A stretch of DNA of 64,000 nt from Hydrurus foetidus (taxonomy: Eukaryota): the NCBI GenBank assembly GCA_900617105.1, contig UYFQ01000268.1, positions 1-64,000 on the forward strand, in the 5' to 3' direction. Both the position numbers and the translations under genes were made by a program. Shown here piece by piece: positions 50,401-61,444 of this stretch (positions are counted from its first letter, which is position 1; each line of letters begins with the position of its first letter). The notes below the pieces were generated by a model that saw only the letters and a list, made by a program, of their open reading frames with translations, made no database searches and was not told the DNA's origin.

Positions 50401-53400
50401 ATGGTGGAAACTCGCACAAAACGATTGCTTGAACAGCAGGACGAAGAGCCATGTGATAATGCGTCAGTTGACACATTAGCTGGGTCGGAAGACGATGATT
50501 TACCACGTGACACAACCGGGCATGTGGTGCTTTATGAAACTCGTCAACCGCCAAAACAATTCATGGATCTCGTCGGTGGAGCAATTAAGTTCGAACAGCT
50601 TATGCTATGCGTTGAATCGTATGGCAAATGCCAACTTTACACGCAGATGTTCCGTGACCTCTACACATCTGAAGCTCAGAAAGAGGCTCTGATCAGCAAG
50701 CTTCAGAGAAACGTGTACTTTTTCCAGAGTTTTATTGAAGCAAAGCCGACATACAAAACATGTCTTGGAGAAAGAATAATGTTCAATCAATACGCTGTTG
50801 AGAAATTCCGCAGAAACAATGAGAAATTCGACCTCATCAAATTGCTGTAAGTCGATCAGCAGCTATATAAAAATCGTTTCAAATGAGCTAATCCATGGAA
50901 CTTTTGATTACAGACGCGCCATCAACATAGTCGACGCACTTCCTGACACGAAGGTTTCAATTATACAGTTGAACAATGAGACTCTGCGAGTGCGAAAGCT
51001 TAATGACGATCTACTGGTAAGCAATACATATCAAAATTGACAAGTCAATGTCGAATCCAATATTCTCTGGCTGATGGAAACTTAATGCATCCTTAACAAG
51101 CAGACACTGGTCGGGTACAGTTTGCAAAATATTCACAAAACGAAATTAGGAAGAAAATTATCAGACTTCTCTCGAAGAGCACAACAAGATTACAAGGAAT
51201 TCTTGTTCTGCCTTGCTGACAAAGACATTCCATTAGATTGGAATAAAACAACAGCTTACAACAAGAAAGTTTCAGCTGCAAGGAAAAAAGCACGACTGGA
51301 AAAAGACGCGGTAAGTCAATATCAATATAACAACGTAACACCGTCAACAAACAATCGGATACTAATTTGATTAATGAAAATGGCAGTTGGCAAAAGAAAC
51401 TGAGCCCATCGACGCGGAGACAACACAGATAAATGTCTCGCAGGTACGGCATATTAAGTTAAATTGCATTACTCTTATTGACTTCTCTAATTCTAATATC
51501 CCACTCCCATGACAGACGCGTACGAAAACAGTTAAAAGACAGCAATTACAGAGATATACCTCAGAAGACAACATAGATGTACGTAACAATACAAATAATT
51601 ATCGTAATATTGAGACTCCTTATTTGCTGTATGTACATTTTTTAACGCAGCAAAATGATATGAGTACTCCTATAGACGAGGACGATGGCCAACAGACCCA
51701 AGTGTCTACCACCTGTGACATACAAGAGATTACGGTAAGCTTGTTAAATAAAACAACAATATAAATAAAAAAAGATAACAGTTCAAAATGAAATAATCAA
51801 TACATCGTTAAATAGGACGAGATACGGCCAGTAAATGAACCTGCAGCAGTGATGCAAACAGCTAGTCAATCTGCAGCAGAGGTGTCCCAAATAGTCTGTG
51901 ATACTGAGGCCGAGGTACTCCACATCCTGAGTGAAGTAATAGCACAGGTAAACATAACATAATAACTAATGCTAGACAACTATGTGACATGGTTTTCAGC
52001 GTTTTAATTAATTAACACATATTTCAACCACTTAAACTTAGGTTCATGAAAATCGTGAATGGATGGATCATATAACAATAAAAATGCGAAGTTTAACTAC
52101 TGCAAAACAGGAAGAATTTAAATTTATAGTAAATTGCTTTTTTGAAAACAACAAAAATGATAATGAACAAAATGAATCATTCAATATACCAAATGCAACA
52201 TTCAACGCTCTAATAGGTAATGAATCGCAGAGCGATGTAGTAGTTTCCGGAGAAGAACTTAGTACGGTATCAAATGAAACCATAGTCACAAATATTAGTA
52301 CAGCACCTTTATTTACTGAAAACATAACAATTAATAACACACAGCAATATTCACCGACCAACGAAAATAATAACTTAAATATAACAACAAATAATATGCA
52401 AGTACTCGGACAAGCAAATAATACAGCGTTAGCGACGATAACAACATTAGAAGAAGTAACAAAAAGTAATAAGCAAAGAGTAAATAGACCTAGGCAAACA
52501 AAAACAAAATTTACCCCATACAATATAACAATTACGTTAAGAAACAGGAATACATGCACAATTCCGGTAACAACATTTTTCAGTTCCGCAAGCCAGCCAA
52601 GGATTGGTCGTGGGCAAAACTTAACAAGAATTGCTAAAGTAAGAACAGACGAAGAGCTTGTGAGTGACGAAATCGATTTATATATAAATCATTTAAATCA
52701 CAAACACAAATTGGCGAAAATAACAGACGTTATAATATTAAATGTAGATTTTTATATAATGGCACTAAGATACGTAGTACAAGAAAGGGATGAATTCAAT
52801 GCACCACAATTACAACAGCCAACGGGTACAGAAGAATATGGTGAATTAATACCAAAATATCCGCTAATAAAACCTTACGACGAAGAAAATGAAATTAGAT
52901 GCACAACCGTAATTGGACATTTCCCGAAAAAAGAAGATTTTAAAAATTTTCAAAAGGTACGATAATAAATCAGAATGTTCCTCGATAAATAATCAATTGA
53001 CAATTCAAGCTAATTTCTGATTTCTTACGCGATAACGTTATCACAGATTATGTTCCCAATCCAATCAGACGGACACTGGATCCTCGTTGTAATCTCATTA
53101 AAATACAAACAAATAATGATGTGCGATAGCTTGGATAATAACAATTGCCAGTCAGATGTGTGGAGGATACAGTTTCATTTCTACGGTACTACTATCCGGA
53201 AATTCCGGAATCAGACTGGAGATACGATACCTTAAACGCAGCAGACAAATTCCAAAATTTGGAACTTAATACTGACTGTGGCTTTCACATATTAAACTTT
53301 ATGCATGCGGCACTTAAAAATGCAAGAATACCACTATTACATGAAACCTTTAATGAATTCAAGGCACGTACTGATAGAATATTGCATGACTTGACAAAAC

Positions 53401-53483
53401 CTGCACATGTTTTAATAACATCTTCTTCAGTCGGAACAACACAAGAACAAAATGAAGAAACACCACAAGAACATGTAGAATAG
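50401..53483 (+). CDS. Multi-exon Ulp1/SENP (peptidase C48)-like SUMO/ubiquitin-like protease (cargo gene D)
   Basis: C-terminal IILNVDFY...IMFPIQSDGHWILVVI...CDSL...FQ....NTDCGFHIL follows the C48 His-Asp-Gln-Cys order. A chain of GT-AG exons links it to the MVETRTKR start. Intron 52957-53046; frameshift near 53160. Confidence 0.8.
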
Positions 53484-54240
53484 AAGAAACACCACAAGTA
53501 CCATCGCGTGAAACTGTCAATAATTTGGATGAAATATAACATAATGTATCAATAATTCATTAATTAAATTGTCTTAAACTAGAAATGCAATAATAGAAAA
53601 CTCTCAAGTAATAATCAAAAAAATAATTTAATATAATTTTATACTCAATTTTTTTGCACTATTGCACTACACATCCTGTGTTCACAAGCATTCAACTCAG
53701 AAATGTTGGACATTGAATTACTGTTATCCGGTATGCACATTCTGTATTCCGTATCCAAATCCAGGTTGGGGCTTTATCCCCCACAAGGCACGTAGATACG
53801 AGCCCCCCCACAATATAGGCCTACATAGGACCTTAATTAAGTGTTTTCAAGGAAACCTATAGGGCTTACAGTCGAAACATACAAAATAAAAAATCCTCAA
53901 AACACGGGTTTTCCGAAAATCCTCGGCCCTTTTGGACCCAAGACCTCGTGTTTTTTTGGATTCCTCATTTTGAATTCCTCGATCCGAGGGCTTCAAAACG
54001 AGGAATTTGAAAACCTCAAAACTCAAAATTACGAAAAAGTGGCTGGTTCGGTTTCACCGATTTGAGGAATTCTGGAAACCCGTGTTTTGAGGATTCGAGG
54101 ATTCCAGTGCGGGGCATAAACGTAACCGGGGCATAAACGTAACCGAATTTAACGTAAACATCACCCGCATCAGCCATCGATTGCCGTTGCTTCTCATTAT
54201 AATTCTCAACCCGATCAACATCTCGTGAATATCTCGCCGA

Positions 54241-54738
54241 ATGGAAGTCAACAATGAGGATGAGCTTCCAGGATATTTCGTCGGAATCGATTTCCGACAA
54301 GTGCTTCCTTCTCTAGAGCAGAAGAAGTGGATGGTGAACAGAATCAGCAACGGCCTTGGAAAAGCTTCAGAAATTGCAAAGCGCTACAATATCAAGAGAA
54401 AGCACCTGAACGTTTTAGTGAAGAGAAATCGCCAGGGAATTCCTGTTCATTTTGCAGCTGGTCGACCTAGGGTTCTTGACATTGAGAGTCATGATACAAT
54501 TGAAGAAAATATCGGCAATCAGATGTGCCTGTGCATCGAGGACTTGAAGACGCAAATCAAGTCTGAGTATCAGTTATCCTTCACGCGGCGATATCCACCA
54601 CTTCTGGATCATGTTGCTGAGGTCGAAAACGATGTCAGTGTTGGGAAAAGGACTCTGCGAAGATATGTTACGCGACTTCATCCCGGTGTCTTTCCACAGG
54701 GTCTTCTCGCGCCAAATTTAGACGAAGCTGCGCTCTAA
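54241..54738 (+). CDS. Stand-alone HTH DNA-binding protein resembling the transposase N-terminus
   Basis: LEQKKWMV...ASEIAKRYNI...GRPRVL...VGKRTLRRY aligns by eye with VLQKTWLV...YRFLTDKYRL...GRPDIL...ISRRTTARK of the neighbouring transposase. Confidence 0.7.
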   Translation: MEVNNEDELPGYFVGIDFRQVLPSLEQKKWMVNRISNGLGKASEIAKRYNIKRKHLNVLVKRNRQGIPVHFAAGRPRVLDIESHDTIEENIGNQMCLCIEDLKTQIKSEYQLSFTRRYPPLLDHVAEVENDVSVGKRTLRRYVTRLHPGVFPQGLLAPNLDEAAL

Positions 54739-54785
54739 ATGAATCATCTTACATGCTTATTATCAATTAAATTCATATGTTTATT

Positions 54786-56561
54786 CTAAATTAAAGGAAC
54801 TGCATCAAACTCCACTGCGGCGGTTTTCCTCGCTCTCTTCTTTGGTACCACTCCAGCAGCAAGTCTCACGGCAGCAGCCTCCTTCCTCTTCAGTGAGTTG
54901 TTCTTCTTGAGATCAGCTGCCGTAATTTTCGCGATTCTCTTGGCATCCTCGCTGGCTATGACAGCAGGGTTTGTCAGAAATACATATCTTCTGCGGTTGA
55001 GCACCAGGTTATCTCGGTCTCCAGTATACTGCCCCCCTTCATCGAAACCTAGAATTTCGTAGTCTTTTTCCTTCAGCTCGCCGTTCTCTTTCATCAATGC
55101 GCATAGCTGAGGCATGCATTTCCACACTTTTGCGACCTCGTGAGTCTTGAAAGGCTCCTTGCATTGGCCCAAAATTTGCTCCACATTGCAACCTCCAAGA
55201 GCTGGGTCATATTGTCCGGTAATCTTGAAGGACTCCACCACCATGTCTCTGCGTAGCGTTGTCTGCAGTATATATTGAACCACCTGGAGTCCTTCGATAC
55301 ATGATTTCACATGGTGGCACGGCATCTTACTTCCAACGATTGCCTCGTGTGATGCAATCATGGCTCTGAGTCTGTCAGACATAGTCTTCTCCAGTACATC
55401 TGCGATTGATTTCATATTCCGTTTCTTTGTCTTCGACGAGAGGAAGCACTTTCCTGCATCACATGGTTGAGTGATTGATGTCGTAGAGGCAGGAGGTTTA
55501 CCTATGACGATGTTCTGCTCAGCACACATCGCGGCCATTTGCGCCGTCTGCAGCGGCTTAATCTGCGTATCTTTCCCGTCGAGAGTGAAATATGACGGTA
55601 CGGAATCTTCAATGCCATAACGTATTCTCAAGTCTGTCACAAATCTCACGTAGATGTTAGTGAACCACCACTTGTAAAACTCTTCGTTCACTGACCTTGT
55701 CTTGGCAAATACTACGTAACCGATGGATGTGACCTCGGTACCTATTCCGAGCCCTGCCACTTCGTGTACATCAATAACGCCAGCTTCCATGTTGTCATCA
55801 GCACAGATGTAGATAGGAGGTGCAGTCGTCCCAGTTGCGTTCATACAAAGGTAGAACTTGATGAAGTATGCTGTTAGACTTGAGCCTTTGACCGGGAGCA
55901 CCTTCAATGGCCCACCCCTAGCCTTCTGCTCTTCGATATCGTATATGACACGAATTTTATCGGTCAGAGCTCCCCCAGTTTGATAAGAAGTCCCGTCGGC
56001 ATTGATGGCAATGTGCGCATTTGTCAGTGGCATCATGAGATGATGCGCAACGGCAACAGAAACGGCATTGTACTTGTTGGCGGTGGCTACTGCTCTCGCA
56101 TCCGTCGTCTGCTCAGCATAGCCCAGTCTGAGGTTCATTTTCTCGATTTTTCTGGCAGTCGTTCGTCTGGAGATTGTCCTGATTGAGCACTGAGCAACTC
56201 CAGTTTCTTTCGTAACTTTTGAGACCAGTTCAGCTTGAAGAATCTTGCCGAATTCCTCGATGTTCATGTTGTGAATACCAGAAGAGACTTGAGCTTTCAC
56301 TTTCTCCAGTTCAGATGGCCCTAATATATCTGGTCGACCACGGCTTTCGTACAGCCGATTCTTCTTCTTGAACTTGAAGACTAGTCCCTTCAAGTAAGAT
56401 TCTGGGAGCCTGTACTTGTCAGTCAGAAATCTATAGCTGACTCCGAAGTGTTTAACCTCACTAACCAGCCAAGTTTTTTGCAACACTGTCAACGATGTTG
56501 AATCTAATTTCGTAACTCTTCGACCAAAAGGATTGATGAGTCTCTCAGGAATCGACTCCAT
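54786..56561 (-). CDS. pogo-like DDD transposase, 591 aa, uninterrupted
   Basis: N-terminal HTH plus GRP motif. Catalytic INADGT, FTLDG and PPASTTSITQPCD, with 39 residues between the 2nd and 3rd Asp. Basic NLS-like C-terminus. Confidence 0.9.
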   Translation of the reverse strand: MESIPERLINPFGRRVTKLDSTSLTVLQKTWLVSEVKHFGVSYRFLTDKYRLPESYLKGLVFKFKKKNRLYESRGRPDILGPSELEKVKAQVSSGIHNMNIEEFGKILQAELVSKVTKETGVAQCSIRTISRRTTARKIEKMNLRLGYAEQTTDARAVATANKYNAVSVAVAHHLMMPLTNAHIAINADGTSYQTGGALTDKIRVIYDIEEQKARGGPLKVLPVKGSSLTAYFIKFYLCMNATGTTAPPIYICADDNMEAGVIDVHEVAGLGIGTEVTSIGYVVFAKTRSVNEEFYKWWFTNIYVRFVTDLRIRYGIEDSVPSYFTLDGKDTQIKPLQTAQMAAMCAEQNIVIGKPPASTTSITQPCDAGKCFLSSKTKKRNMKSIADVLEKTMSDRLRAMIASHEAIVGSKMPCHHVKSCIEGLQVVQYILQTTLRRDMVVESFKITGQYDPALGGCNVEQILGQCKEPFKTHEVAKVWKCMPQLCALMKENGELKEKDYEILGFDEGGQYTGDRDNLVLNRRRYVFLTNPAVIASEDAKRIAKITAADLKKNNSLKRKEAAAVRLAAGVVPKKRARKTAAVEFDAVPLI

Positions 56562-57223
56562 ATCGCAGTTGGAAGTAAATTGTTCTGTAGAACGATATTT
56601 TGTGCTATTAAGGATGAGCTGCAGGTTGCTGATATCATTTGAAAATTCAAAATATGGTTACTTTTATGCCCCGGTTACGTTTATGCCCCGCACTGGGATT
56701 GAGGTTTCGTTTTTTGTATGTTTCGCATGTTATACCTTTAGGCGAACTGGGAATGCAGTAAATTTTCACGTCAAATTTAATTTGAGATACGAACAAAAAA
56801 ATTCACGTGTGGGACACAGACGATTTTTTTGGGATGACACCACCCGGGCATGGGTCGCCCACACGAAAAAATCTCTACCCGCCAATTCCTGTTGTTGAAG
56901 ATGAGACGAATCATGAGGATCCTCAAATCCACTCCATCCAAAACAGTCTTCAATTATTTCACCAAATAAATGCAAGTGGTGAACGTACAAAGCTGGGTTG
57001 TTGTTTCTCATCGTCATGCGTGATGAATCTCTACTGCAACAGTTAACTGTTAGCACTCATTGCGGTGACACCACCAACATCCGAGGTCCAAGCTGAGTGA
57101 CAAGTCACGAAACTTCTATCTTTAGAATTGAAACCAGCGACCTATGAGGTTAATTGGTTATTTAAAGATATTGAAGACACACCTCAAGACAGGAAGCTAT
57201 CAGCCGACTCATCGCACTGCACT

Positions 57224-59043
57224 ATGGAAGAAGAACTCACGAGAAACCCTTTGAAGAGGGATGGTGATGATGATCCTAAGTACTCCGAACAAGAGATGCC
57301 TACTTTGGAGGATAATGAATTCTTAGGACATGATTATCATCACAACAACAACAGCAATAACAACGCCTCATCTGTCGATGATAAAGGCGCAATGGAGCAT
57401 TCTGAGTGGGCATCCAGCGTGTCCGAGAAGTGTAACCTCATTGTGAATTACTTGCCTCATGAGATCGATGATGTTACTCTGAAGGTAACATTTCATCGAC
57501 TACTTTCTAGCAAACCCGGAGAATGACAATGCCATGAACAATCCGTTTTCGCAGACTTTATTCGCTGAACATGGAGATATCGCAGTTGCGAAAGTCGTCA
57601 AAGACAAACTGACGAAAAAGAGTCTAGGTTTTGGATTCGTCAAATTTATTAGAGAGGACGATGCACTCGCTGCAATAGAGGCAAAAAATGGATTCCTCAT
57701 GGGCCCTAAAAAGCTCAAAGTTAGTTTAGCGCGACCACCTTCTATTGAAATTCGGAACTGTAAGCTTTATATAACGAATTTGCCGAAGGAGTTCTCAGAA
57801 AGAGAGGTCACCGAACTCTTCGCTCAGGTGATTGCATTACTCGTTACTGAATGATAGGCCCCACTAATCATCCTAACTGATTGCAAAATGAATACAACAT
57901 AATTAGTTCGGAGAAATTATCGAGTGTCGAGTACTCAAGGATAGAAATCTCAAAATGAACAAAGGCGTCGCGTTTGTGCAGTTCAATTTGAAAAGTCAGG
58001 CAGACAACGGTAAGCATTCTCTCAATACATCTCAAACTACTCTCAGCGGACAACTATTCGATTTACTGTTAATTTTTTTGTAGCATTGAGTCTGAATGAC
58101 TTTCGGCTTCAAGGCTGCGATCGTCATCTTGTCGTAAAGTACGCAGAGGACCAGCACAAAAAGAAAGATCGAAGGGGACAAATGGGTAACGGCAGTATGT
58201 CAAATAACTCAAGCGGTATGGACGAGCTAATGAACCAAGACGGGCGGGATCCTTATTTCTACCCCCGCTCTAGAATGCCACCTACAATGTATCGCAATCA
58301 GCAAGCTTCCCCTATGCTGATGGGCCAACACTCACCGGGCATAGAAAACCAATACCTTTCATCTACATCAGGAGGCTACGCTCCGTCAAGAGTCAGTGGC
58401 AAAAACTCGGTCACTTCCTCAATGTCTGGCGATTCAAGTCCACTAAATTCCTTGGACTGGTATGGACAGATGCCTCAAATGGTATATGACAATCAGATGG
58501 TTCACAGTCAAACTCAAATGCACAACCAAGCATTGGGTTACAATCAGATTAATCAGCACATGATGGCACAAGGCCAGTCTCAGCAGCGTGCAGGTCAAGG
58601 TGTTGTATACATGCGGCCATCTCGATCAGCCCAAGAAACCGGTTACAACAGCAGCGTTACCTTGATTGTCAGCTCGCTGCCTCAACACGCCGATATCGCT
58701 TTACTGCATGATCTATGTGCGCCTTACGGTCAAATTATCAGCGCGCAAGTTGATGTTGATCCCTCCAACTCACAGCTAGACGTTGCAAACGGAAGAGGAG
58801 GATGCTCCGGAAGGGGTAGAGTCCAGATGGCCTCATTGAGCCAAGCACAGTACGCAACCCAGGCACTGAACGGAGCCATCATCTTTGAAGGAGGACGGCC
58901 GTTACAGGTCAGCTCAACTGCATGACGTTACATAATTCAAACCAGACTCTCAGTTTTATTTTCTTCGACAGGTAAGCATAGCTACTGATGGGGCCCGGAC
59001 TGCCGGTAATCAGCAGGGACAGTTAGCTGCTGGAGGGCATTAA
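57224..59043 (+). CDS. ELAV/Hu-like RNA-binding protein with three RRMs (host gene, 5 exons)
   Basis: RRM1 NLIVNYLP/SLGFGFV, RRM2 KLYITNLP/KGVAFVQF, Gln/Met-rich linker, RRM3. Exons 57224-57484, 57555-57827, 57907-58009, 58084-58907, 58972-59043. Confidence 0.88.
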
Positions 59044-59691
59044 TACCGCTGATGACGAACCAATGTAACTCTGAGTCGAAGAAATTTCTCCGGCCATTTC
59101 TGTTGGGCTGTTCTATTGATGGTTGGAAGAAAACCAAACAAGTATTCTTACTTTTCGAACGATGCCTGCTTTGAAATTATTTGGGGAGACGATTGACAAT
59201 CATTTACTGCCGGCATTTTATAGCGTACTTCTCGGCGCCATACATTGACTAGTATCTTGGAGCTGGAAATTTGGCAGGGCGACTAAAATTTTCTGGTGAA
59301 GGGGAGATTTGTGCGTTTTTTTACTGACTAACTATTGTGCTCATGAGAAGTCAGACCTAGAAAAAATACGTCAAAACTAATTCTCACAATTTCCACAGCC
59401 CGCCAGCAGCAACTGCGTCGCTTGATATTCTCGTTGCCTCTGAAAAACTAGATTCATGTTGAGTGATCCTTTGATTTAGTATTTTCACTACTTTAACCAC
59501 TTAAAGAAGTACTTTTGAAACAAGTAAGTTGTTTTATTCTACATAGAAGCAACATAATACTTCGCGACACCAATACATGTCGGCTATTGTTGCAGCTGCC
59601 TCATTCATTGTCAACGACGCCTAACACATCTTGGACCCATGATTGCTTGAAGAACGTTTGATGCAACGATGATAAATTCTGCTGGTTACCA

Positions 59692-60184
59692 TCACTTCCG
59701 TCTGGCGGCTTCCTTTCCGATATCGTCAGCTCTTTTTTTTGCATCGAGCGCGATCTGCTTTGAACGCGCAATGTTCGCTTCTTGTTGAGCCTTCACTTTT
59801 TCGAGGGCTGCTTTCTGCCCTGCTTCAGCAGATCGCAGCGATACTGCCTGCTCTGACATAGCTTTCTCGATATTCACCTTCTGCACCTGAATAGCATTAT
59901 TGCGGATGAGTCAAGCGTGACATTTCTTTCGAAACGGTAATTGCGCATACATGATAATTTCTCACTTCTTTGATAGAGTCTATGTTAGAGTAAACATAGG
60001 CGAAGACGGCTCCAGCACAAGCTGCTGCAAACCCAATTTGAGGAGCCAGAAAGAGTTGTAGTTTTGTGGCACTTTCTTTCTCTGTCGATGGCACAATAAA
60101 GTTGCTTTTGTAGCTTGCGGCTGGTTTTAAGAAGGCATTTGCTGGAGTGAACCAAACAAGCACGAGCAACAGGAGCACTATCAT
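59692..60184 (-). CDS. Small predicted plastid-targeted membrane protein with coiled-coil tail (host gene, 2 exons)
   Basis: Signal peptide MIVLLLLVLVWFTPANA-F, Ser/Lys-rich transit-like stretch, one hydrophobic helix. Intron 59965-59887 joins two track ORFs in frame. Confidence 0.75.
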
Positions 60185-60670
60185 CTTCTACCTCTGTAAA
60201 CTGTGCAGATTGATCTAGTGGAAGCAGTTCTTTCAATTTACAATATCTACGTAATGTGCCGATTGCTCGTCACCCTTGTTCGTCAGAACACTGAAAAATA
60301 GGCGTAAAATGCCCCAGATACCGTCGAGTGCTCTTTGTTTTTAGAATCCGCCAGACATAAGGCTCAAACGGGTCCAGGTTCTCACCACCAGCCATACCAA
60401 AGCAGGTTGAGTCAAACAGAAACTCAAGTCACCAAAGATCGACCAGTTGTGCACGAGTCAGTTTGATTATAGCTGTTCTCAGTAAAGAGGTGGACTAACT
60501 TTCAGCAGGAGTAGAGGGAAAATCAAAATTTCAAAGCTGATAGTAAGCTGTCCTAACTCACTAAGGTACCCCTGTTAGCGAGAAAGGCGTGATCATCGAC
60601 TTGATTCCATTACATTATTGATCCAATGTGACCCATAGCGGGCATTTCTAGCTTCTTTTAAGTATAATTA

Positions 60671-61219
60671 ATGATAATTCAGATCGAGCGGCACGTTTCG
60701 TTGCTTCAAAGCGTTTTAAATTGCAACTCTAAAAGAATTTCCACTGCAACCCTTCAGATGGCATCGATATCACACGAGTACTGCGCTTTTACGGTCACAA
60801 TAGTCATTGAAAGTCTTCCTAGGTCAAACAACATAAAGCAGTGGTCGATTGAAAGTCTCGTCGAAGAGATGAAGCAAATTGAGATGTGTGAGGATCATAA
60901 TTTTGCTGTGGAACCTCTGGCATTACATCAAGGACTCAACATTTTCAAAAAAATCATCGAGCGCCTGGGACACACAGTAGTCCTAATGAACGCAGGGAAA
61001 GATGAAATTAGAACAAAAGAGTTTGTGGATCTGGCACCGAAGGGAAGGGGTTCTGATATCATATTCTCTAAAGAGCGATCCAACACTCATCGAAGCCGTG
61101 ACGATTTAGTGTCTGAAATATATCAGACCGCAAGGAACTTGATAAGAAGAGTATCCGATGAAGACATGAGATTTGTTTCAATTAGTGAAGTTTGTTTCAC
61201 GAAATTATGGATGCCATGA
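60671..61219 (+). CDS. Hypothetical ORF (182 aa), possibly an exon
   Basis: Open frame with protein-like composition; no motif recognised. Confidence 0.3.
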   Translation: MIIQIERHVSLLQSVLNCNSKRISTATLQMASISHEYCAFTVTIVIESLPRSNNIKQWSIESLVEEMKQIEMCEDHNFAVEPLALHQGLNIFKKIIERLGHTVVLMNAGKDEIRTKEFVDLAPKGRGSDIIFSKERSNTHRSRDDLVSEIYQTARNLIRRVSDEDMRFVSISEVCFTKLWMP

Positions 61220-61330
61220 ATTTTATGGCAAATTTGTCAACTTAAAATGATGTAATTTCTAAAGGGACTTCAGAGTTGAGGTAGATATTATATTTAATTA
61301 CTCTGTGAGGCAGCGATATGATATTTTGAG

Positions 61331-61444
61331 AAAAAGTCACCGTGGTTTATAGTAGAAAAATCACCGTGATTTGCAGTACTAAAAAAGTCACCGTGATTTG
61401 CAGTACTAAAAAGTCACCGTGGTTTGCAGTACTAAAAAGTCACT
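61331..61444. repeat. Minisatellite, ~26-bp unit, ~4.4 copies
   Basis: aaaaagtcaccgtg(a/g)tttgcagtact repeated in tandem. Confidence 0.9.

Larger units (their letters stand above)
38061..53815 (+). mobile_element. Helitron2/Helentron-like element, copy B, apparently full length (~15.8 kb); ends approximate
   Basis: OTU-Rep-PIF1 gene plus four cargo genes. Perfect 11-bp inverted repeat TGGGGGATAAA (38061-38071) / TTTATCCCCCA (53773-53783), the latter followed by hairpin GGCACGTA-GA-TACGAGCC (53787-53804). Confidence 0.85.
54104..56696 (-). mobile_element. pogo-like (IS630-Tc1-mariner) DNA transposon with 41-bp TIRs
   Basis: TIRs at 54104-54144 and 56656-56696 (1 mismatch), each holding two copies of GGGGCATAAACGTAACC. 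Flanked on both sides by GATT. Intact transposase ORF. Confidence 0.92.
53869..56729. mobile_element. MITE-like element (~260 bp net) interrupted by the nested transposon
   Basis: Left end TA|CAGTCGAAACATACAAAA...AATCCTCAAAACACGGGTTTTCC. Its inverse is split: GGAAACCCGTGTTTTGAGGATT at ~54074-54095 and TTTTGTATGTTTCGCATG at 56712-56729. Confidence 0.8.

Noticed and set aside
1..53815. Copies A and B as an artefactual inverted duplication (assembly or amplification chimera)
   Set aside because: The copies differ at many synonymous and amino-acid positions and have unalignable introns, so they are distinct family members.
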